Positions 26,008 through 32,820 of a stretch of DNA of 64,000 bases are shown piece after piece (the stretch's first letter is position 1; the number at the start of each line of letters is the position of its first letter). This DNA is from Vicinamibacterales bacterium (GTDB taxonomy: Bacteria; Acidobacteriota; Vicinamibacteria; Vicinamibacterales; UBA8438): assembly GCA_965220695.1 (NCBI GenBank), contig OZ244838.1:1308951-1372950 (forward strand), written 5' to 3'. The position numbers and the translations under genes are program-made. The notes beneath the pieces were generated by a model. It did no database searches, was not told where the DNA came from, and saw only the letters and a list, made by a program, of their open reading frames with translations.

Positions 26008-27780
26008 ATGAGCATCGCATCAGACCTGTACGACACGGACATCCCTGCCCCCAATCCGCGATCCGTGGCGGTGGGCTCACCCGCCTTGCACGGCGCGGCG
26101 TCACCGCCCACGCCGCCGGACGCGGCGACCCGGCCGACAGCGCGCGGCGCGCTGACCCTTGCGTCACCGGCGCACGCCACCGCCATCGACATCTCGACGC
26201 CCGCGGTCCCGCCGCCGGTCATCACCGACCCGATGTCCCACGAAGCGCACCATGCGGCGGTCTCCCGGCACCGCGCGGAGGCGGTGCGTCTCGGCGACGA
26301 CATCGCCGAGTTGTCGGCCCGCATCCAGGCCGCGACCTACGAGCTGCTCGTGCTGATTCGCGCCTTCGACGAGCGGGAGGGGTGGGAGGGGTGCCAGTCG
26401 TGCGCGCACTGGCTGAACTGGCGCACCGGGCTCAAGCTGGGCGCCGCCCGTGAGAAGGTGCGGGTGGCGCGCGCGTTGGGCGCCCTGCCGCTGTTGAGCG
26501 ACGCGATGCAGCGCGGGCAGATCTCCTACTCGAAGGTGCGCGCCCTGACGCGCGTGGCGACCCCGGCCAACGAACGCCGTCTGCTCGACTTCGCGCTGTG
26601 CGCGCCGGCGTCCTATGTCGAACGGTTGGCGCGGGCGTGGCGCCGGGTCGACCGGGCCATCGAGGCGGCCGATGACCAACGGCGGCAGACGCGGCGGCAC
26701 CTCAACACCTGGGTCGACGACGACGGGATGGTCGTCATCCGCGGCCGGTTGTCCCCCGAGGTGGGCGCGGTGGTGCGGCGGGCGCTCGAGGCGGCGAGCG
26801 ACCGCTTGCGCACGGAGGTGGCCGCGGCCGACGCCGCCGAGACCAGCACGGTCCAACGCCAGGCGGATGCGTTGGGACTGGTGGCCGAGAGCGCCTTGGC
26901 GGCCGACCTCGACCGGGGGACGGCGGGCGACCGCTATCAGGTCGTGCTGCACGTCGAGGCGGAGACGCTCCAGGCCGACGCGGCGGCGCCCGCATCGCAC
27001 GTTTCCGCGGAAACGTCGCGCGACGCGAAAGCGAGGGAAGCGAGGGTTTCCGAGGAGACGCCTCCCGGCGCGGCGGCGCCCGCAACGCACGTTTCCGCGG
27101 AAACGTCATCCCACGCGGTCGGGTCCACCGGACGTGGGTGTCCGGACGCAGGCGGTCGCCCCGTCGCGGCGACCTCTTCCGCTCGGATGGCCGGCCACGC
27201 CGCCCTGGAAGATGGCGACGGGCTGCGCGTCTCCGCGGAAACGTCCCGCCGCGTGGCCTGCGATTCCGCGGTGGTCGTCCTGCAGCATACAGCGGACGGC
27301 GCGATCCTCGATGTCGGGCGCAAGACGCGCACCATCCCGCCGGCGCTGCGGCGGGCGCTGCAGGCGCGCGACCGCCAGTGCCGGTTCCCGGGCTGCCACG
27401 CCCGGCGCTGCGATGCGCATCACGTTCACCACTGGGCCGACGGCGGCGCGACGCGGCTCGACAACCTCGTGCTGCTCTGCCGGCGGCACCACCGTGCGGT
27501 CCACGAAGAGGGCTTCACGGTTCGGCTGGACCCGGCTGGAGATGCCGAGTTCTGCTGGCCCGACGGCCGGCCGTTTCCTGCGGTGCCGCCTCCACCCCGC
27601 TGGAGCGGCCCACCGCTGGCGCCGACCGACGCCCGCCTGGCCGCGTCCGCCATCGTGATCGACGCCGACACGGCCACGCCGGACTGGCACGGTGAACGCC
27701 TCGATGTCGGATTTGCGATTGACGTCATGTGGATACCGCGCACGGCCCCCGGCGCCGAGGCCAGTGGCGCACCGACGTAG
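26008..27780 (+). CDS. DUF222 / HNH endonuclease (REP13E12-type)
   Basis: ATG 26008. The N-terminus is DUF222-like ('LSARIQAATYELLVLIRAFDEREGW..'). The C-terminus is 'GRKTRTIPPALRRALQARDRQCRFPGCHARRCDAHHVHHWADGGATRLDNLVLLCRRHHRAVHE'. Confidence 0.8.
   Translation: MSIASDLYDTDIPAPNPRSVAVGSPALHGAASPPTPPDAATRPTARGALTLASPAHATAIDISTPAVPPPVITDPMSHEAHHAAVSRHRAEAVRLGDDIAELSARIQAATYELLVLIRAFDEREGWEGCQSCAHWLNWRTGLKLGAAREKVRVARALGALPLLSDAMQRGQISYSKVRALTRVATPANERRLLDFALCAPASYVERLARAWRRVDRAIEAADDQRRQTRRHLNTWVDDDGMVVIRGRLSPEVGAVVRRALEAASDRLRTEVAAADAAETSTVQRQADALGLVAESALAADLDRGTAGDRYQVVLHVEAETLQADAAAPASHVSAETSRDAKAREARVSEETPPGAAAPATHVSAETSSHAVGSTGRGCPDAGGRPVAATSSARMAGHAALEDGDGLRVSAETSRRVACDSAVVVLQHTADGAILDVGRKTRTIPPALRRALQARDRQCRFPGCHARRCDAHHVHHWADGGATRLDNLVLLCRRHHRAVHEEGFTVRLDPAGDAEFCWPDGRPFPAVPPPPRWSGPPLAPTDARLAASAIVIDADTATPDWHGERLDVGFAIDVMWIPRTAPGAEASGAPT
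26981..27108. repeat. Two 38-bp direct repeats 90 bp apart, each with the perfect 18-bp palindrome ACGTTTCCGCGGAAACGT
   Basis: The palindromes lie at 26999-27016 and 27089-27106. Degenerate versions are at 27227-27244 and 27987-28004, and perfect copies recur at 30752-30769 and 30842-30859. Confidence 0.85.
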
Positions 27781-27904
27781 ACCAGGGTCTGCGATGCCTG
27801 CGATCCGGCTCAAGCGCACGAACAAGCTGATAGCGCAAGAGCCTGCCGTCGCTTCAGGGGGAAGTGGACCGGTGCCGGCACCCATGCAGTCATGCGGGCG
27901 TTCT

Positions 27905-28082
27905 GATGCAGGCGGTCGCTCTGTCGCGGCGACCTCTTCCCCTCGGATGGCCGGCCACGCCGCCCTGTAAGATGCAGACGGGCTGCGCGTCTCCGCGGAA
28001 ACGTCTCGCGGCGCGAGAGCGAGGGCAGCTAGGGTTTCCGAGGAGACGCCTCCGGGCGCGGCGGCGCCCGCGAGCTGGGCCG
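27905..28082 (+). repeat. Rearranged mini-copy of the DUF222-HNH internal segment
   Basis: 27905-28000 aligns to ~27145-27240. The next part aligns to ~27010-27082, the reverse of the order in the gene. The junction lies exactly at CCGCGGAAACGTC. Confidence 0.7.
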
Positions 28083-28331
28083 TGCGCAGGCGTGACGCGC
28101 GCTGCCGGACAGCCGCTTCCGTCCGACCGAGGCGCGCGGAAAGCTCGCGCAGACGCTGGCCACCGTCTTCGTAGTCGAGCGCCGCAGCGAGCCGCACGGC
28201 CGTGTCCTCACTCTCCGTCCGATGGCGCGCCATCATCAACGCCCTACGTCAGCGGTGTGTTGGTGCTGTTCTTCGGGTGAACGCGACGTGCGAAGTCACT
28301 CGCACTGCGTGTCGCGTTCTTGACCACTCTG

Positions 28332-29294
28332 TCAGCGGTCCGGGTCTTGTGTGCGCCCGGGTCGCCTGTCGGTGATGGCGGGTGGAGCCGTTCCGCTTTC
28401 CCATACCTTCTGGTGGCCTACGCCGGTTCGGCAGGCGTCGTGGAGTGCTTCGCGGATGCGGCTCGCACCGAAGGCGCTGGCGCCGACGTAGTGGCCGACG
28501 CCGCTCTCGTCGAACGTTCGGTCGATTTCGCCGGGGGCTATTGCGGTTCGGTGGATTGCACCGCTGTTGGTGCGGCATTCGATGATGGCCTGTTCTCCTT
28601 CGGTCCAGATGGCGACGTGGCGGTATACGGCTCCCCGCAGCGCGGCGCTCGCTTGTGTGCCAAGGGTGGCGGGGTCGTCGATCTCGCCGGCGCCGACGAG
28701 CTGCATGCGGGCATCGCGCTCGAGGGTCGCGTCGGCGTGTTCCAGCGTGAGCGCCGTGACTTCCGTGTCGTACCGGCTACGGCAGTTGACCGCGGTGGCC
28801 AGGGCCTTGGGGTCGTGCTCGTTGGCCTTGATCAGGTCGAAGACGTCTCGCACCAGTGCGTCGTCGGCTCTCTCGAGCTTGCCGTGGAGTATCTGGGAGC
28901 TGTCGAGGACCATTGCCGGGTGTCCGTTGACGAGTGCCTCTCGCTCGGCGCCTGACGGGATCGGGCTCAGTTGGACGAGGTCTACTTCGCCAGCGTCGAA
29001 CTCGATGATCCACTGACTTTCGTGGTACGTCGCTGTGTCCCCCAGGTCCCCCATCGTCTGACGGAACGGGTTCCCGGGTTCTGCGAGGTCTCGCAGGGGC
29101 ACGTCGCGGCCCACGGCGAGGTCGAGGTCGAAGCTGTCGCGGTGTTTCCAGCGGGCGGCCAGCGTGGCGCCGCCGCCGAGCTGGAAGCGGTACGGTCCGC
29201 CGTGCAAGTTCGCCAGCGCGTCGGCTATCGCCTTGTGCACGCGATTCCACAGGTGTCCGCCCGTCGTGGAGAGGGTCAGCTCTTCACGGCCCAT
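28332..29294 (-). CDS. AbiEii / DUF1814-type nucleotidyltransferase toxin
   Basis: The track ORF is over-extended. ATG 29294 gives 320 aa containing 'FQLGGGATLAARWKHRDSFDLDLAV', the GG..(n)..S.DxD signature of AbiEii-family NTases. Confidence 0.7.
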   Translation of the reverse strand: MGREELTLSTTGGHLWNRVHKAIADALANLHGGPYRFQLGGGATLAARWKHRDSFDLDLAVGRDVPLRDLAEPGNPFRQTMGDLGDTATYHESQWIIEFDAGEVDLVQLSPIPSGAEREALVNGHPAMVLDSSQILHGKLERADDALVRDVFDLIKANEHDPKALATAVNCRSRYDTEVTALTLEHADATLERDARMQLVGAGEIDDPATLGTQASAALRGAVYRHVAIWTEGEQAIIECRTNSGAIHRTAIAPGEIDRTFDESGVGHYVGASAFGASRIREALHDACRTGVGHQKVWESGTAPPAITDRRPGRTQDPDR

Positions 29295-29725
29295 CGGTTG
29301 ATCTTGTGGATTCGGGGGGCGCAGGCGAAGTTGGCGCGGTGCAGTGCAGCGACGAGCTGGCGCAAGGTGTACGCGTGTTGGACCCACGCTTCGATGAGCT
29401 CGGCTGCTGTTGCCTCGGCGCCCCACATTCGGATGATGCTGGCTTGCCGGTCGGTCGGTTGCTCGGCACGCACGGCGTCGTAGAACTCGTCGGCTGTTGG
29501 GCGCCGCTTCCAGCCGGCGCAGCCGCTGGCGAGTCGGCGCTGGACAGCACGGGCGTGGCGACCGCGCGGCGTGCCGGGCGCGCACAGTCGGCGGAAGTCG
29601 TCTTCGGCCGCCGGGCGGTCGCTGAAGGCGCCTGGCGGCAGCAGCATAGCCGGTCGCCTGGGGTTCCGTTCGGCTTTGCGCCGCCCGCTCTCGGTGCGGG
29701 TGTCGAAGGTGGCAAGCGTCAACAT
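29276..29725 (-). CDS. Hypothetical protein upstream of AbiEii (possible cognate antitoxin)
   Basis: 149-aa ORF whose end overlaps the AbiEii start by 19 nt. I see no AbiEi-like wHTH, and the N-terminal half is Arg-rich and may not be coding. Confidence 0.3.
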   Translation of the reverse strand: MLTLATFDTRTESGRRKAERNPRRPAMLLPPGAFSDRPAAEDDFRRLCAPGTPRGRHARAVQRRLASGCAGWKRRPTADEFYDAVRAEQPTDRQASIIRMWGAEATAAELIEAWVQHAYTLRQLVAALHRANFACAPRIHKINRWAVKS

Positions 29726-29884
29726 GACGATTCACGTTACCGTACTCAGCAGGTCGCGTCCTGATCGTGCTCGATGCGTGATGGGCGTGTCGTTGACGGG
29801 GCTGGGTGCGCCGAAACCACCGGCCGCGGACGGGCGCGGTGTCGATTTGGCGAGATCGCGGTTGCGTTTTCATCGGGCTGGTTC

Positions 29885-30133
29885 TCAAGCAGCGTTCGGT
29901 TTCACTTGGCGAGAAACTGCAGGATCCTCGAACGTCAGAGCCGCCGTCGCGAGCACGGTCCCGACCATCCAGCGGATGAGCCTGGTTTTCCCGTTTGGCG
30001 ATCTCGGTGTGGACCTCGGCGAGTCCGGCCCTGAACTGGGCGGCCGTGACGTTGGTCGCCCCCGCTCGGCGAGCTTCCGCATGGCGTTGGCGATGACGTC
30101 GGCCTGGTCGCGGTCAATGCCCCCGGCGGTCAA
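29885..30133 (-). CDS. DUF1640-like small protein, possibly frame-disrupted
   Basis: The C-terminal 'TRLIRWMVGTVLATAALTF' resembles the DUF1640 membrane tail. The middle of the ORF is Pro/Ser/Arg junk, while an alternative frame reads 'ATNVTAAQFRAGLAEVHTEIAKRE'. Confidence 0.25.
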   Translation of the reverse strand: MTAGGIDRDQADVIANAMRKLAERGRPTSRPPSSGPDSPRSTPRSPNGKTRLIRWMVGTVLATAALTFEDPAVSRQVKPNAA

Positions 30134-30173
30134 CTCCTAGGCGACCGAGAGCGTGTCGAGCAGGGCCTGAACC

Positions 30174-30542
30174 CTACGGCCGGCCGGAGTCGCGGACGAC
30201 GATGCGCTGCCGGTTACGGGAGACGACCTCGGTGATCGTAGCCGTCCAAGAGCCGCCCCGGCTGTCGGTGATGCTGATCGGGGTGCCGCGCGGATCCTCC
30301 GCGAGCGCGGCGACACCGGGTCCGTCGAGCACGGCGCCCCAGCCGTCGCCGAGCTTGCAGGGTTTCCAGCCGGCGAGGGGTTCTCTGTTCGGCGTCTCGA
30401 GGTCGGCCGGGAACTCGCGGTCGAGTGCTGCCGCGATGACGTCACGAGCCCAGGCGCTGACGTGCCGTTCATCGCGAAGTCGCGCGAGGCGGTCGCGCAG
30501 TTCGGGTTCGATGCGGATCTGGAACACGTCTGTACGAAACAT
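30174..30542 (-). CDS. CopG/RHH-like N-terminal domain protein
   Basis: ATG 30542. 'FQIRIEPELRDRLARLRDERHVSAWARDVIAAALDRE' follows the RHH pattern. The C-terminal ~75 aa are unrecognised. Confidence 0.4.
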   Translation of the reverse strand: MFRTDVFQIRIEPELRDRLARLRDERHVSAWARDVIAAALDREFPADLETPNREPLAGWKPCKLGDGWGAVLDGPGVAALAEDPRGTPISITDSRGGSWTATITEVVSRNRQRIVVRDSGRP

Positions 30543-30674
30543 GACACGACACAGCAGCACGCCACGTCGAGCCTTCCAGCGGGGTCGCTCAGGTCCGGCG
30601 ATCCTCGGGGAACGCCTCCAGTGCGCCAGTGCCGGCCACGCCCCGCCAGCTGCCCGGCGTGGTGACCGCGTGAC

Positions 30675-31125
30675 GGCGGCCGACCGCTATCAGGTCGTGC
30701 TGCACGTCGAGCCGGACACGCTCCAGACCGACGCGGCGGCGCCCGCATCGCACGTTTCCGCGGAAACGTCGCGCGACGCGAAAGCGAGGGCAGCGAGGGT
30801 TTCCGAGGAGACGCCTCCCGGCGCGGCGGTACGCGCATCGCACGTTTCCGCGGAAACGTCATCCAACGCGGCCAAATCCGCCAAACGTGGGTGTCCGGAC
30901 GCAGGCGGTCGCCCTGTCGCCGCAACCTCCGCCGCTCGGATAGCCGGCCATGCCGCACTGGAAGACGGCGACGGACTTCGCATGTCCGCGGACACCTCTC
31001 GCCGGCAGGCGTGCGATGCTGCGGCGGTCGTCATGCAACATGCGCCGGACGGCGCGATTCTCGACATCGGGCGCAAGACCCGAACCATCCTCCGGCGATC
31101 CGGCGGGCGCTCCTTGCGCGGGACC
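30675..31125 (+). pseudogene. Central fragment of a second DUF222-HNH gene
   Basis: About 450 bp align colinearly with 26925-27385 of the intact gene, including both palindrome repeats. It lacks the DUF222 N-terminus and the reading breaks just before the CRFPGC/HNH motif. Confidence 0.7.
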
Positions 31126-31284
31126 AGTGTGAACATGACGACGCGGAGGTGATGTCGCAATCGCGACATACAACCTGGACGGTGCCAGAGATTATGGCGA
31201 ACCCGCCCGCTGCCCACGTCGCCTGCGGGCATTCCGGTTGTCTTCCGAGACAGCGTAAGACACCCTGCCAGAGAAACGGTCTGG

Positions 31285-31442
31285 CAGCCCGTGGTGCAAG
31301 CCCCGCTGCATTCGAACGGCGCTGCATCCCGGCTGCCGGCGTTGCTCCTCGGTCACACATGGCCCAATGTGCTCCCTCGTCGCGCCTTGTCAGCCGGGCG
31401 CACCGCCATTCTCGGTGCAACGCGGGGTTTCACCACGGGCTG
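31285..31442 (+). mobile_element. MITE-like repeat, copy C (shortest, 158 bp)
   Basis: 'CAGCCCGTGGTGCAAGCCCCGCTGCATTCGAACGGCGCTGC...CCCAATGTGCTCCCTCGTCGCGCCTTGTCAGCCGGGCG...TCTCGGTGCAACGCGGGGTTTCACCACGGGCTG'. It overlaps the 3' end of the HEPN gene. Confidence 0.8.
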
Positions 31443-32130
31443 CTAGGTGGTCCATCATGTTGTCAAGAAATATCGGCACGAGAACGTCGAGAATCGCGGC
31501 GCCGGTCTGGGCTTGTCTGCGATTCATGAAGCCACCCGCGGTGGCGAATCCATGCATGAGCTGGTTGCGCAGCACGTACAGACGGCTGAAAACCTTGTCC
31601 AGCAGCTCTTTCAAAGGCTTACGGAGCTCCTTCACGGAGACGTTGTAATAGGCGTCGCTACCGTACTTGAGAAGCTTATCTACGTCCTTGATATCACGAT
31701 CGTATTGCTCCCACATCGTTTCGCGGTCGCGCTTGTCCCAGAATCTCCGGAACACGTACTCATTGGAGATGAGATCAGAGATCCAGGACTGAAGGTCGCT
31801 GCTGACGACTGTATAGATGCGGCGGCAGTCGAGTGCGATCAGAAGCCTGAGGAAGTCACAGTAACGGTCCGGTTCCGAGCGTCGATCGTGATCGGATTCC
31901 ATACGTGGATCGCGATCGATCGCGTAGGCGGCGTTGAACGCTATCCACAAGAAGATACACCTCGCATGGTTGCGATACTGGTCCTGCGTCGTGTCTTCGT
32001 CACATGCCCGCTTGAACCAGCTCAGGGATCGGTGGAGACGCTGCCTGAGGGGGTGATCCTTGTTCAACGTCGACTTCAACGTCTCGAACTTGTTCGTCAA
32101 AACCTCGTAGGTCGGCGGTTCGTTCGACAT
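31390..32130 (-). CDS. HEPN-like protein (RNxxxH motif), low-GC, stand-alone
   Basis: 246 aa, all-helical in appearance. 'RLYVLRNQLMHGFA' carries an R-x4-H motif in RN...H form. AGGTGA lies upstream of ATG 32130. The last ~18 codons and the stop are encoded by MITE copy C. Confidence 0.55.
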   Translation of the reverse strand: MSNEPPTYEVLTNKFETLKSTLNKDHPLRQRLHRSLSWFKRACDEDTTQDQYRNHARCIFLWIAFNAAYAIDRDPRMESDHDRRSEPDRYCDFLRLLIALDCRRIYTVVSSDLQSWISDLISNEYVFRRFWDKRDRETMWEQYDRDIKDVDKLLKYGSDAYYNVSVKELRKPLKELLDKVFSRLYVLRNQLMHGFATAGGFMNRRQAQTGAAILDVLVPIFLDNMMDHLAARGETPRCTENGGAPG

Positions 32131-32133
32131 GGC

Positions 32134-32355
32134 TCACCTGTAACGTTCACGCAACAACCGGTTACGACAACACACGAGAGTTTCCGCGTCGTGCACACGC
32201 TGGTGCCAGAACGGCGACACCATCCGCACGGCGTAGTCGTCGGCCAGAATCGGCGCGTGGTGCCAGCGCCAGTGATGCGCACGGATGGCGGCCGCGAGCG
32301 TCGCCGTCCGGCTCGTCCGGTTCGCCGGCGATGCGCCGGCTCGACGGAGCGTCAT
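32134..32355 (-). pseudogene. N-terminal fragment resembling LCM-type class I SAM methyltransferase
   Basis: 'SRTATLAAAIRAHHWRWHHAPILADDYAVRMV' follows the 'SRTA..A..RA.H.....P.(I/L)..D..A' N-terminal pattern of that family. It stops after 73 codons, 3 nt before the HEPN start. Confidence 0.35.
32316..32355. repeat. 40-bp direct repeat, right copy (partner at 22133..22172)
   Basis: TCCGGTTCGCCGGCGATGCGCCGGCTCGACGGAGCGTCAT. Confidence 0.8.
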
Positions 32356-32662
32356 GAACACAGCATACAGGCGCCGCCGGCGAGGTGTGTTCGCTTGACG
32401 CTGGTCCGCCGCTCATCGTCTGCATCGGACCTGCACCAGCCCTCCGGGCGACGTATCCGGACTTCATCGCCGACACGAAGAAGTTGCCCGTCAGACGTCT
32501 GCGCCATCGTCTGAATGCTGACGGTCGTGGGCAGCTTCGCCGTGGGCTCGGGCGTGGGACTCGGCCTCGGCGGTCGCGTTGGCGGTAGAATGGTCGGCGA
32601 GGAGACTGACCCCATGACATCCATGACACCGCACGCGTGCAACCTTGGCCGACTGGCCGTAG

Positions 32663-32820
32663 CAGCCCGCGGTGAAACCCCGCGTTGCACCGAGATTGGC
32701 GCTGCGCCAGCGTGGCAAGGCGCGACGAGGGAGCACATTGGTGCATGTGTGACCGAGGAGCAACGCCGCCACGCGGGATGCAGCGCCAATCGAATGCAGC
32801 GGGGCTTTCACCGCGGGCTG
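32663..32820 (-). mobile_element. MITE-like repeat, copy D (inverted relative to the others)
   Basis: Its reverse complement aligns end to end with copy C. The outer end supplies the ATG at 32794 used by the TonB-dependent receptor ORF. Confidence 0.8.

Noticed and set aside
28066-28239. Minus-strand ORF start 'MARHRTESEDTAVRLAAALDYEDGGQRLRELSARLGRTEAAVRQRASRL' (HTH-like) downstream of AbiEii
   Set aside because: It is plausibly a small HTH protein, but the frame reads on without a stop into the rearranged HNH repeat. No credible end could be defined, so it is not listed as a feature.
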